This document shows positions 8,671 through 18,030 of a stretch of 32,000 bases of DNA, one piece after another. Numbering within the stretch: position 1 is the first letter of the stretch; each line of letters opens with the position of its first letter. The stretch is from Ignicoccus hospitalis KIN4/I (GTDB taxonomy: Archaea > Thermoproteota > Thermoprotei_A > Sulfolobales > Ignicoccaceae). Below the pieces are notes generated by a model, which did no database searches, was not told the DNA's origin, and was given only the letters and a program-made list of their open reading frames with translations. The stretch covers positions 930,001 to 962,000 of the forward strand of contig NC_009776.1 in NCBI RefSeq assembly GCF_000017945.1, in the 5' to 3' direction. The translations under genes and the position numbers were made by a program.

Positions 8671-9239
8671 CTCTCCAGCTCCTCCCTAACCTCTTTAAGG
8701 ACGTTTGATATAAACATACTCATTAGGAGTACGCTCTGCATGACCGGCTTGCTCACGTCCACGTCGTACTTCTGCGCGTAGGAGACCGCTTGTGGGAGCC
8801 TCCCGAAGGCCACGTTCAATATTTCGTTCTCCTTATCGTTCAAAGTTTCGAGCTTAAATTCGGTGAGCTTCTGCAACGCGTCCTTCAATCCCTTCGTGTT
8901 GCACTCCCTCAAGAACTCCTCTATTATCTCTTCCTTAGGCCTCCCTCCCCTCCCCTTACAAGCCTCCTCCACCAAGGACTTGAGGTGGGGCGGGTAGTCG
9001 GCCCTCTTGAACATCTCGGCCATCTCCGGGCAGGTTATAGCCACGTTCGCCTCCAAGGTTATTGCAGCAACACCCATCAGCGGGTAGACCTCGGAGTTCT
9101 CGCAGAACTCCTTCACGAACCGGTCTCCGTACTTAGTTCTCAAAGCCTCGAAGAGCAAGAACGCGAAGAGCGAGGAACAAGAGTGGGCCTCCTCGAAGTC
9201 CAACCGACCACCTGGCGGAGACGGGGCGAAACGGCTCAT
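8640..9239 (-). CDS. Hypothetical protein (alpha-helical)
   Basis: ORF track gives 8640..9449, but the first 70 aa are frame-shadow of the nnr gene; likely start is MSRFAPSPPGG at 9239. Confidence 0.65.
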   Translation of the reverse strand: MSRFAPSPPGGRLDFEEAHSCSSLFAFLLFEALRTKYGDRFVKEFCENSEVYPLMGVAAITLEANVAITCPEMAEMFKRADYPPHLKSLVEEACKGRGGRPKEEIIEEFLRECNTKGLKDALQKLTEFKLETLNDKENEILNVAFGRLPQAVSYAQKYDVDVSKPVMQSVLLMSMFISNVLKEVREELERCERSYSASP

Positions 9240-9241
9240 AT

Positions 9242-10591
9242 TTACTTGGCGCCCACCGCCTTGGCCAGCCTCGGGACGGCGCGTATTAGGCAGTCCGGAG
9301 ACGCGTGGCCCTCCTCCTCGTAGCAAGCCTCGCCGGCCCTCCCGTTCAAGTACGCCGCCGCCTTGGCGGCCCACCAAGGTTCGTCCCTCCCCAAGTAGGC
9401 AGCCGTCACCCCCGCGAGCACGTCCCCGGTGCCGCCCACGGTCATCCACTCGTTCCCGGTCTCGTTCAAGACCCCCTTGTCCCCGCAGTGCACTACGTCT
9501 ACCTTACCCTTGAGGATAACACAAGCCCCGTAAGTTTTCGCTATTTCCTCCGCCGCCCTAACCCTGGACTCCAAGTCGTCGCCCACCTCCCTCCCCAAAA
9601 GGGCCCTCGCCTCACCCAAGTGGGGGGTCAACACGGCCCTCCCGGAGAAGTAAGCTCCCACCTTCGGCAAGAGCTTAAGCGCGTCCGCGTCTAAGACTAC
9701 CTTCGCTTTGCTCTCTTCTGCGTACTCAAGCGCCGCTCTCAAGGTTTCTAAGTCCCTCCCCAGGCCGGGGCCCACCAAGAGCACGTCGACCTTGTCGGAG
9801 GCCAACTTCTCTTTCAAGTCCCTCCTGTCCCTCCATATGAGTTCGGGGAAGTCCATGCGTACCGGGGAGTAAACGAAGACTAGGTCGGCTCCCGACCTAA
9901 AGGCGGCCAGCCCGGCCAAGTAGGGGGCCCCTTGGTAGAGCTCTGAGCCCCCGACCACCCCGACCCTTCCGTTCTGACCTTTCCTCCCCCTCCTCCTAGC
10001 CAAGAGCGCGTCGCCGGGGCCGGCGTGGGTGTCGGCCTTCCTCGGTATTCCTATTTCCACCACTACCACTTTGTCCATCATGTCCTTCAGGACGGGCTTG
10101 GGCTTGTGCACGGTCACCACCAAGTCCGCCTCGAAACAGAGCTCGCAGCCGCCGTCCGGGTCCGCGCCGGAGGGGACGTCCACGGACACTTTGAAGGATT
10201 CCGTCCCGTTGGCCCACTCTATGAGCTCCCTCACCCTCCCCCTCGGGGCCCCCCTCGCGCCCGTGCCCAACAAGGCGTCTATTATCACGTCCGCCTCCTC
10301 GGGCTCCTCTATTACCTCCACTCCCGTGTCTTCTGCCCTCTTCAGCTGTTTGAGGGTTATTTCCTTGAGTTCGCACCTCTTGTGCGCGAGGAGGACTTTC
10401 ACCTTACGGCCCATGAGGGCCAAGTGTCTAGCGGCGACCAAGCCGTCCCCGCCCTTGCCGCCCTTGCCGGCCAAGACGAGGAACGAGTTGCCCTCCGGGT
10501 AAGCGAGCCGGGCGACCCACGAGCCGGCGTTCTCCATCATCAACTCCTCGCCGAACCCGAGGGCAGCGGAGTTGAGCTCCACCGCCCTCAT
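9242..10591 (-). CDS. nnr: Bifunctional NAD(P)H-hydrate epimerase / ADP-dependent (S)-NAD(P)H-hydrate dehydratase
   Basis: YjeF-N (MMENAG, GKGGKGGDGLVAARHL) plus dehydratase domain (VLTPHLGEARALLG, VILKGKVDVV, NETGNEWMTVGGTGDVLAG); likely start MRAVELNSA at 10591 rather than 10735. Confidence 0.93.
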   Translation of the reverse strand: MRAVELNSAALGFGEELMMENAGSWVARLAYPEGNSFLVLAGKGGKGGDGLVAARHLALMGRKVKVLLAHKRCELKEITLKQLKRAEDTGVEVIEEPEEADVIIDALLGTGARGAPRGRVRELIEWANGTESFKVSVDVPSGADPDGGCELCFEADLVVTVHKPKPVLKDMMDKVVVVEIGIPRKADTHAGPGDALLARRRGRKGQNGRVGVVGGSELYQGAPYLAGLAAFRSGADLVFVYSPVRMDFPELIWRDRRDLKEKLASDKVDVLLVGPGLGRDLETLRAALEYAEESKAKVVLDADALKLLPKVGAYFSGRAVLTPHLGEARALLGREVGDDLESRVRAAEEIAKTYGACVILKGKVDVVHCGDKGVLNETGNEWMTVGGTGDVLAGVTAAYLGRDEPWWAAKAAAYLNGRAGEACYEEEGHASPDCLIRAVPRLAKAVGAK

Positions 10592-10623
10592 TTCCCTTGT
10601 GTCGTAAAACTCGCCGCGAGAGA

Positions 10624-11667
10624 TCAAAGCCTCACCAAGGGCGGTACGTAGCCTGCGGTTCGAAAAACTTCTTGGGTGAAGTCGCCCGAGGCCAAGGTTA
10701 CCAAGTCGTTCAAGAATGTCCGCACGACCACGCAAGTTACGGTTCCCACCAGCTCGTACTTATCCACGTCGAACTCCTTGTGAAGCTCATTTAAGTACTT
10801 CCTAAAGGTAGACGTCACGAGACCCCTCTTCTCCATTTCTGATAGCGTATTCTGGCCTATCGCCCTCGCCGGCCGGTTGGCGCACTCCAGTACCTCTACC
10901 GTCGCCTTGTCTAAGACAGCTATGAGAGCCCCCACGTCCCATAACTTGCCCTTGCTAACCACGCTGGAGAGCACGGACAGCCCGACGGTAGCGACGAACT
11001 CCTTTAAGTCGAGGCGCGTTGGGACGAACACTGTGGTGTTTAGGACCACCTTGTCGCGAGGGAGCTTCGGCCCACCCTTGCCGCCGTTCACGAAGACCGC
11101 GAACGGCGGGTTCTCGGCAATAGAGTAAGGTATGACCGTTACCCTCACTTTCTCCACCGCCGGGTGGGAGATCAACGCTATAGGCGGGCGCTGCGCTAGG
11201 TCGTTATAGCTCAAGGACTGCGCGATCTTCAACGCGAGGTAGCCGAGCATGCGCGCGGTGGAGTGGCACAGCTCGCCCACCTCCAAGTCGGCCAGCACGT
11301 CGGATGGGACCTCCGGAGGCGGCTCTACTATGCCCTCGAGCCCGCTCCAGCAAGCCTTGTGATGCTTAAACGTGACGGAGGCCACTTTGTTTACCTTGCT
11401 GACGAAGTTCTTTTTGCCCTTCAAGTTGCGGTAGATGGACTTCAAGTTGATTGCGTCCTTATCGTTTTTTACTACGACGTTGTAGCTCTTCTGCATCCTG
11501 GCGATACTGTCCAGCAAGGTGTGGGCCTCGGGGTCCTCAGACTGGAACGACGGACACATCACTGGGTCGTAGGAGTCGCCGAGGGGCAAGTTCCGGAGGG
11601 ATATCTCCCTCAAGGGGGCGAAGTATTTAAAGTGAAAAGGCGTTATTTCCCTTCTCTTGAAGCTCAT
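10624..11667 (-). CDS. Hypothetical protein, no family recognised
   Basis: 347 aa ORF with good composition, ATG start. Confidence 0.75.
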   Translation of the reverse strand: MSFKRREITPFHFKYFAPLREISLRNLPLGDSYDPVMCPSFQSEDPEAHTLLDSIARMQKSYNVVVKNDKDAINLKSIYRNLKGKKNFVSKVNKVASVTFKHHKACWSGLEGIVEPPPEVPSDVLADLEVGELCHSTARMLGYLALKIAQSLSYNDLAQRPPIALISHPAVEKVRVTVIPYSIAENPPFAVFVNGGKGGPKLPRDKVVLNTTVFVPTRLDLKEFVATVGLSVLSSVVSKGKLWDVGALIAVLDKATVEVLECANRPARAIGQNTLSEMEKRGLVTSTFRKYLNELHKEFDVDKYELVGTVTCVVVRTFLNDLVTLASGDFTQEVFRTAGYVPPLVRL

Positions 11668-11963
11668 GGTCTCGCCTCGCTGCTCAGTGCTATCTATCGA
11701 GAGCGAGTTCGCGGGCCGACGCTATTATGGGTAACACGTTCGCCCCACCCCCTCCCCTCCGGTTTGCCGTTAGGTAAGTAAACCTGTCTGCTAGTAAGGG
11801 TTATGTATACGTAATGCCCCCGTTTTCCTCTGCAAAATTTGTTGGATATTCGCCCTCCGCTCGCGACTCCGGATTCCTTTACCAACCGCCCGATGGGCCA
11901 GATACGAGTAGAACTTTCGCATTTATTTAAAAACCGGAGGAGTGGGGAGGAAGCCGAACTCTC

Positions 11964-13949
11964 CTACTTAAAGTTTGGTTTCCTCTTCTCCAAGAAGGCC
12001 GCTATGCCCTCCTTGGCGTTCTCTGTGGCCAACGCCCTCGCGAACGCTTCGGCCTCCATCTCCAGCCCGTCTATCAAGGGAACCTCCTGGGCCACCCTCA
12101 CGGCCTTCTTGGCCAGCGCCAGCGCCTCCTTGGGCTTGGAGGACAACTTCTTAACTAGCAGCCTCACCTCCGAGTCGGCTATCCTCTTCGGCACCGCCCA
12201 GTTGACCAAGCCCCACTTCTCGGCCTCTACGGCGTCTATGGGGTCTCCTAAGAGGACTAGCTGCATGGCCCTCCCCAAGCCCACCAGCCTGGGGAGCCTC
12301 TGGGTGCCCCCTCCCCCCGGCATTATGCCTACGTTTATCTCAGGCTGACCCAAGAGGGAGTCTTCGGTGGCCAGCCTCAAGTCGGCCATCATGGCCACTT
12401 CCAAGCCTCCGCCAAGCGCGTAGCCGGTGATGTAAGCGATCACCGGCTTCGGACAGCCCTCGAGGGCGAGCGCGAGCTTCTTGAACGGTCTCGCCACAGT
12501 CTCCGGGGCCTTGGTCGGGTCGACATCCTTCATGACCGTCAAGTCGAAGCCGGCGCTGAAGACGTCTCCTCCGTAGAGCACTATCGCCCTCACCCCCTCG
12601 TCCTCACAAGCCTTCTGGGCGACCTCGGCCATCTTCAGCAACATCTCCGGCGTGAGGGCGTTCCTCTGCTTCGGCCTGTTCAGTATTATCCAAAGGGCCT
12701 CGCCCTCCCTCCTAACCTTTATCTCGCCCAAGTCCTCCTCGCTCACCTCGTACTCGTAGAAGCCCTTCCCGCACTTGACCCCGCACTTGCCTTCCTTCAC
12801 CATGTTCTCGAGTAGCTGCACCGGGCGGTAGTCCTCCAAGCCGTACTTTTCCTTCTTCTCGTTTATTGAGTCCAACACGTTGTCCAAGCCCAAGCTGTCG
12901 CCTAACTTAAGTATACCCATAGGCAAGTTCAGCCCCAAGACTGTGGCGGTGTCCACCTCCTCCGGCCCGGCCACCCCGTTCTCCACAAGCCAAGCTCCCT
13001 CGTTCACGGCCGTGTCCACTATGGAGATGTAGTCCACACCCTCGGCGGCTGAGGCCTTGACGACGGGCTTCTTGAACTTACCCGGGGCAGGGTACTTGTA
13101 GAAGCCCTCCCCGCTCTTCACTCCGAGCTTGCCCTCTTCCAAGAGCTTCTTGAAGAGCGGGCAGATGGTGAGGTTCATCCCCCTCTCCTTCATGGCCTCC
13201 ATCAAGTGTACCAACACGTCCAAGCCCACGTAGTCGGCTAGCTCGAAGGCGCCCATGGGGAAGTTGAGCTTGTAGCGCAGCGCCGCGTCCACCTGCTCCT
13301 TAGTGTAAACGCCCCTCTCCACCAGCCAGCATCCCTCGTTCAAGAACCGGGCCATTATCCTGTTCACTATGAAGCCAGGTACGTCCTTGTTTACTACTAT
13401 TGGTACCTTCCCCATTTTCTTAGCTAATTCAACGGTAATTTTCACGGTCTCGTCGCTGGTCTCTTTGCCCCTCACCACCTCGACGAGCTTTAGTATGACC
13501 GGCGGGTTGAAGAAGTGCATCCCCACAACTTTGTCGGGCCTCTTGGTCGCCTTTGCGATCTCCGTTATCGGTATGGAGGAGGTGTTAGATGCTAGGATGG
13601 CGTGGGGAGGGGCGTACTTGTCGAGGACGCTGAACACGGCCCTCTTGAGCTCCAGCTTCTCCGGGACGGCCTCTATGACGAAGTCCACGTCCTTAGCGGC
13701 CTCTGCGTAGCTGCTCTCGTCGTCCGGGTTGGCCACCATAGTTTCTATCCTTTTTAGCACCTCCTCCGGCGGTTCCTTCAACTTCCCCTTGGCGTACAAC
13801 TTCTCTAAGCTCTCCTTTATCCTTTCCATAGCTCTGTCCAAGAACTCTTGTTTAATGTCTATCATCCTGACGTTCAAGCCGCTCATCGCGGCCACTTGGG
13901 CTATTCCGTGGCCCATGACACCGGCTCCGACGACCAAGACCTTCCTCAC
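11964..13949 (-). CDS. Fused (S)-3-hydroxyacyl-CoA dehydrogenase / enoyl-CoA hydratase
   Basis: VRKVLVVGAGVMGHGIAQVAAMSG Rossmann motif, IPITEIAKATKRPDKVVGMHFFNPP, C-terminal crotonase GYALGGGLEVAM and PEINVGIMPGGGGTQRL; GTG start at 13949 is more likely than 14081. Confidence 0.93.
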   Translation of the reverse strand: MRKVLVVGAGVMGHGIAQVAAMSGLNVRMIDIKQEFLDRAMERIKESLEKLYAKGKLKEPPEEVLKRIETMVANPDDESSYAEAAKDVDFVIEAVPEKLELKRAVFSVLDKYAPPHAILASNTSSIPITEIAKATKRPDKVVGMHFFNPPVILKLVEVVRGKETSDETVKITVELAKKMGKVPIVVNKDVPGFIVNRIMARFLNEGCWLVERGVYTKEQVDAALRYKLNFPMGAFELADYVGLDVLVHLMEAMKERGMNLTICPLFKKLLEEGKLGVKSGEGFYKYPAPGKFKKPVVKASAAEGVDYISIVDTAVNEGAWLVENGVAGPEEVDTATVLGLNLPMGILKLGDSLGLDNVLDSINEKKEKYGLEDYRPVQLLENMVKEGKCGVKCGKGFYEYEVSEEDLGEIKVRREGEALWIILNRPKQRNALTPEMLLKMAEVAQKACEDEGVRAIVLYGGDVFSAGFDLTVMKDVDPTKAPETVARPFKKLALALEGCPKPVIAYITGYALGGGLEVAMMADLRLATEDSLLGQPEINVGIMPGGGGTQRLPRLVGLGRAMQLVLLGDPIDAVEAEKWGLVNWAVPKRIADSEVRLLVKKLSSKPKEALALAKKAVRVAQEVPLIDGLEMEAEAFARALATENAKEGIAAFLEKRKPNFK

Positions 13950-13999
13950 TTCTTGCAAGGCTTGATCCGCGGTCCAGAGGCGTAAAAGAGAATAAAGCG

Positions 14000-14731
14000 C
14001 TAACGCTCCTCCCAAGCCTCCCACAAGCTCTCGGGAGGGAGCTCCCTCACCCTCTCTTCCCCCTCCCAGCGGGCGCCGCAAGAGGGCAAGACCTTACGGG
14101 CCTTCTTGTTCCTCTGCGAGAAGACGCACGCCAAGAATTCTGAGAACTCCTTCGGGACGGACCTCTTTTTAATTAATATTACGTGGCGGCTTAGGACCTC
14201 CGGCTTGGGGTAAAAGGACTCCGGGCCCCACACCGGGCCCAAGCGGGCCTCGCAGCACAAGGAGGCCAACACGGTTAGCCTCCCGTACTCCTTCGTCCCG
14301 GGCTCGGCGACCAGCCTCTCCGCGACCTCCTTCTGAAGGAGGAACACCCCCTTGTTCCACCGACCTTCTGTGAAGAGCTTCGCGAGGAGGGGCCCGCTTA
14401 TGCTATAAGGGAGGGAGCCCACTACGACCGGAGCGTCGAGCTCCAGCTCTAACGCGTCGCCGCATACGACCTCCACGTTCTCCAAGTTTAAGGATTTCAA
14501 ATAGTTACACAACCTGAGATCCTTCTCTATTGCAATTACCTTCTTAGAAACTTTGGAGAGCGGGGCCGTGAGGGCCCCGAGGCCGGCCCCTATTTCTATT
14601 ACAACTTCCCCCGAGGGGACCTCGCTCAAGAAGAACTCTATTATTTTGGGGTTTACCGTGAAGTTCTGCCCCATCTTCTTGCTGGGCCTTATACCGAGCT
14701 CGGCGAGCTTGGCCTTTGTCCACTTCAGCAA
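14000..14731 (-). CDS. ksgA: Ribosomal RNA small subunit adenine dimethyltransferase A (KsgA/Dim1)
   Basis: KKMGQNF, EIGAGLGALT, VCGDALEL, SLPYSISGPLL, FYPKPEV. Confidence 0.93.
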   Translation of the reverse strand: MLKWTKAKLAELGIRPSKKMGQNFTVNPKIIEFFLSEVPSGEVVIEIGAGLGALTAPLSKVSKKVIAIEKDLRLCNYLKSLNLENVEVVCGDALELELDAPVVVGSLPYSISGPLLAKLFTEGRWNKGVFLLQKEVAERLVAEPGTKEYGRLTVLASLCCEARLGPVWGPESFYPKPEVLSRHVILIKKRSVPKEFSEFLACVFSQRNKKARKVLPSCGARWEGEERVRELPPESLWEAWEER

Positions 14732-14732
14732 G

Positions 14733-15362
14733 CTAACCCCTCGCCGCCCTTCGCAGCCTCCCCAAGTAGTTCAAGTAGGTATAGCCCGGCTTCGGGGGCT
14801 CTACGAACAAGTAGTACTTCTCCTCTCCTTTTATCTCCTTTATTATCCTCTCGACCAACACGTCCACCGGGTGCTTCAAGTGCGTCCTCTTCGCCAAGTC
14901 CTCGAAGCTCTCGAACGGTTTGTTCTTCCTAGCCTCCAGTATCTCCTCTAACATCTTTCTACCTACGCCGGGCAAGAGCTCCAACGCGTGGAGCTTGACC
15001 GTTATGGGGCCGGACAAGTTGAAGAAGTCTACGAACAACTTCTCATTTTCGAGTATTATGCCCTTTATTACCTCTGGCAAGCTGCTCTGGGCGACGGAGG
15101 TGAGCTCCTCGTAGCTAATGTAATAGAACCGGTTGAGGAGCCTCTCGTCGAGCGGGGTGAAGGAGACCTTCTCCCCTATGTTGAACGCGCTCCCGAACTT
15201 CGCGTTGAACTCGAGCAGCTTGAACTTGTGCTCTTCTATCGCTTGTATGAACGGCTTGTTGCGGTGCTCCGGGTGCGCGTCCAGCGGGCGCCCCGAGGGG
15301 AGGAAGTCGAGCACCCTCCCCTCCCTCGGCCTTTCCCTCCTCCTACCTCTTGTTCCGCGCAA
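14733..15362 (-). CDS. DUF655 helix-hairpin-helix protein
   Basis: ALELLPGVGRKMLEEILEARKNKPFESFEDLAKRT; immediately upstream of ksgA, the usual archaeal arrangement; N-terminal start uncertain. Confidence 0.85.
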   Translation of the reverse strand: MRGTRGRRRERPREGRVLDFLPSGRPLDAHPEHRNKPFIQAIEEHKFKLLEFNAKFGSAFNIGEKVSFTPLDERLLNRFYYISYEELTSVAQSSLPEVIKGIILENEKLFVDFFNLSGPITVKLHALELLPGVGRKMLEEILEARKNKPFESFEDLAKRTHLKHPVDVLVERIIKEIKGEEKYYLFVEPPKPGYTYLNYLGRLRRAARG

Positions 15363-15453
15363 TTCCCTTTACCCTGTAGCTCCCTTACGCCCCGGAGTAT
15401 ATATGGGGAGAGCGTTTAAACCGTCCCTTCGGAAGGGCCCGGGGATTTAGGTA

Positions 15454-15630
15454 GTGGCTAGGAAGAGGAGGAAGGGAGGCGAGGGCCTAGTCACCGCTAT
15501 AGGGCTGGTCAGGTTTTACGAGGAGGTTGAGGAGAAGATAAAGGTCCCGCCCGAGGCCGTAATAGGGGCGGCCTTCGCCCTCTCAATAATGACCATCGCC
15601 TTGGACTTGTTGCTCAAGGCGGCCCGATGA
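15454..15630 (+). CDS. Preprotein translocase Sec61-beta (archaeal SecG) subunit, 58 aa; absent from the supplied ORF track
   Basis: Translated directly: MARKRRKGGEGLVTAIGLVRFYEEVEEKIKVPPEAVIGAAFALSIMTIALDLLLKAAR*, the Sec61-beta pattern of basic N-terminus, LVTAxGLxRFYEE, single TM; tttaaa box ~35 nt upstream. Confidence 0.88.
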   Translation: MARKRRKGGEGLVTAIGLVRFYEEVEEKIKVPPEAVIGAAFALSIMTIALDLLLKAAR

Positions 15631-15740
15631 GGTCCACGCCCTTCGCCGACGCGGGTGAGGACTCTTCCTCCCGAAACTGAGGGTCCAGCCCCAACCCCTT
15701 TTTGTCTCCCGTTCCCCCCTACGGCACAGAGCGAAGGGAG

Positions 15741-16442
15741 ATGCTGAGGGTATACGCGGACGAGAGGGAGAGGAGGAGCGGGGTCCCGGAGATACTGGCG
15801 AAGAAGTACGGCGTGATAGTCACTTTCAAGAACATGCCGGTGGCGGATTATGCGGTCTCCGACAGGGTGGGGATAGAGAGGAAGAGCGTGAGCGACTTCC
15901 TCAAGAGCTTGGCGGACGGGAGGCTCTTCAACCAAGCGAGGAGGCTCAAGGAGGTTTACCAGAAACCCTTCATAATTGTGGAGGGGAAGTGGGACTGGGT
16001 GGAGAAGGCAGAGAGGACCTCCAAGGCTGCCTCCCCCGCTCTGGCCTCCTTGGTCTACGACTTCGGTATAGGGATAATTTACACCCTTACGAAGGAGGAC
16101 ACTGCGAGGGTGATCAAGTTCTTGGCCGAGAGGGAGCAAGGGGAGAACAAGAGGAGGGTCCCAGTAAAGCTCCAAGGGAAGCCCCCGATAGGGGACGTGA
16201 GGCAGTGGCAGCTGTTCTTGGTCCAGTGCCTCCCCGGGGTGGGTCCCAAGCTTGCGGAAAAGCTCTTGGAGAGGTTCGGGAGCGTGAGGGCGGTCTTCAA
16301 CGCCTCAGTGGCGGAGCTGAGCAAGGTGGAAGGCTTGGGGACCAACAAGGCCCAAGAGATAGTTAAGGTGCTGACCGCCCCCTGGAAGATAAGGAAGGAC
16401 AAGGAAGGCCTAGAAAAGTTCATTAAGAAAGAGGACTCTTAG
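15741..16442 (+). CDS. xpf: XPF/Mus81-type structure-specific endonuclease (nuclease plus HhH, no helicase domain)
   Basis: VGIERKSVSDFLKSLADGRLFNQARRL (ERKxxxD) and two C-terminal HhH motifs (CLPGVGPKLAEKLLERFG; VEGLGTNKAQEI); start at MLRVYADE. Confidence 0.93.
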   Translation: MLRVYADERERRSGVPEILAKKYGVIVTFKNMPVADYAVSDRVGIERKSVSDFLKSLADGRLFNQARRLKEVYQKPFIIVEGKWDWVEKAERTSKAASPALASLVYDFGIGIIYTLTKEDTARVIKFLAEREQGENKRRVPVKLQGKPPIGDVRQWQLFLVQCLPGVGPKLAEKLLERFGSVRAVFNASVAELSKVEGLGTNKAQEIVKVLTAPWKIRKDKEGLEKFIKKEDS

Positions 16443-16738
16443 GAGCGCTTGTAGAGCCTAACGAACCTCTTCACGAACTTGTCCCACTGCTCCCCCTGTT
16501 TGAGCTCCCTCTCCACCAAGTCCTTGAACTCCGCGGCCCTCTCGCCGAACCTTATCACCGTGGCCTTTGCGAGGACTTGCAAGTCCATGCCAATTATTTT
16601 GGAGAGCTTGAGCGCCTCCTCGAAGTCCTCCTCACTCTCCATAGCCTTAGCTATGACCTCTGCCATCACTTCGTCCAGCTGGGAGCGTGGGACGGTCTGG
16701 GTGGCGTATATCAAGAACGCCAAGGGTAACTCCTTCAA
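16439..16738 (-). CDS. Hypothetical protein
   Basis: 99 aa, overlaps icd start by 4 nt in the same direction (operon-like). Confidence 0.65.
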   Translation of the reverse strand: MKELPLAFLIYATQTVPRSQLDEVMAEVIAKAMESEEDFEEALKLSKIIGMDLQVLAKATVIRFGERAAEFKDLVERELKQGEQWDKFVKRFVRLYKRS

Positions 16739-17994
16739 CCCTTTCCACCCAACCTCTTGACGTTCTCTATGACCGCTTCCGTGAACTCCGTGGTGGTCAG
16801 GGGCTTTATGCCTAAGTGCCTAGCTATGTCTTGGGTCACCTTGCCGGAGGCTATGGTTTCTTCTATAGCTTTCCTCACCAGCTCCGCGGCCTCGGACCAG
16901 CCTATGTGGTCCAACATCATGGCGGCGCTCAAGGTAGCCGCGGTGGGGTTGGCTACGTTCTTGCCCGCGTACTTGGGGGCGGAGCCGTGGATGGGCTCGA
17001 ACATGCCCACGTAGTCCCCCACGTTGGCCCCGGGGGCCACGCCCAGCCCGCCGACCAAGGCGGCAGCGGCGTCGCTCAAGTAGTCGCCGTTGAGGTTGGG
17101 AGTAACTATTATGTCGTAGTCCCAAGGCCTCGTTATTATTTGGTTGAACATGTTGTCTGCTATCCTGTCATTAACCAAGATCTTCCCTTCGGGGACCTCG
17201 GCGCCTTGGAGCTCTTCCTCGAAGACCACTTTGTCTCCGAACTCCTCCTTGGCCAGCTCGAAGGCCCATATCTTGAAGTAACCTTCGGTGTACTTCATTA
17301 TGTTACCTTTGTGCATCACAGTTACCCTCTTCCTCCCGTACTTTATCGCCCACTCCAGAGCCTTCCTCATTATTCTCCTCGTAGCGAAGCGAGAGATGGG
17401 CTTCAACCCTATCCCGGTGTCCGGCCTGAGCTCTATGTTGAACTCCCTCTTGAGGAACTCCCTCACCTTCTCGGCCTCCGGGCTGTCGTACTTCCACTCT
17501 ATCCCGGCGTAAACGTCCTCGGTGTTCTCTCTAAATATCACTATGTCCACCTTGTCCGCGTACTTGTGAGGTGCGGGTATCCCCTTGATGTACTTCACCG
17601 GCCTGATGTTCGCGTACAGGTCTAGGAGCTGCCTCAAGGCGACGTTGACGCTCCTCCACCCGGAGCCTATGGGGGTGGTCATGGGGCCTTTGAGGGCCAC
17701 CTTCGCCGCCTTAATTGCGTTCAAGGTGTCTTGGGGGAGCATGGTACCGTAAACGGGCTCCGCCTCTATCCCGGCGTAGACCTTCCACCAGACCACCCTC
17801 CTCTTGCTACCGTAAGCCACCTCCACCGCGGCGTCCACTATCCTCCTAGCCGCCCCTATCACTTCCGGCCCTATGCCGTCCCCCTCTATGTAGGGCACTA
17901 TCGGGTTGTCCGGGACCACGAGCTTTCCGTCCTTGACCTCTATGAACTTCCCCTCCTCGGGCGGCCTGATCTTCTCGAACTTGTACTCCTCCAC
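16735..17994 (-). CDS. icd: Isocitrate dehydrogenase
   Basis: IPYIEGDGIGPEV-type start (VPYIEGDGIGPEV), FRENTEDVYAGIEW, NLNGDYLSDAAAALVGGLG, HGSAPKYAGKNVANPTA. Confidence 0.93.
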   Translation of the reverse strand: MEEYKFEKIRPPEEGKFIEVKDGKLVVPDNPIVPYIEGDGIGPEVIGAARRIVDAAVEVAYGSKRRVVWWKVYAGIEAEPVYGTMLPQDTLNAIKAAKVALKGPMTTPIGSGWRSVNVALRQLLDLYANIRPVKYIKGIPAPHKYADKVDIVIFRENTEDVYAGIEWKYDSPEAEKVREFLKREFNIELRPDTGIGLKPISRFATRRIMRKALEWAIKYGRKRVTVMHKGNIMKYTEGYFKIWAFELAKEEFGDKVVFEEELQGAEVPEGKILVNDRIADNMFNQIITRPWDYDIIVTPNLNGDYLSDAAAALVGGLGVAPGANVGDYVGMFEPIHGSAPKYAGKNVANPTAATLSAAMMLDHIGWSEAAELVRKAIEETIASGKVTQDIARHLGIKPLTTTEFTEAVIENVKRLGGKG

Positions 17995-18030
17995 GCGTGT
18001 TCCCTCGAGCCCGTCGGAGGTCCTCGGCCC

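Noticed and set aside
13949-14081. N-terminal 44 aa of the 705-aa fused dehydrogenase ORF
   Set aside because: Overlaps ksgA in a shadow frame; the Rossmann motif starts immediately after GTG 13949, so the extension is not considered coding.
15424-15437. Small hairpin CCCTT-CGG-AAGGG ahead of Sec61-beta
   Set aside because: Lies between the TATA-like box and the expected start of transcription, so probably untranscribed; too short to interpret.
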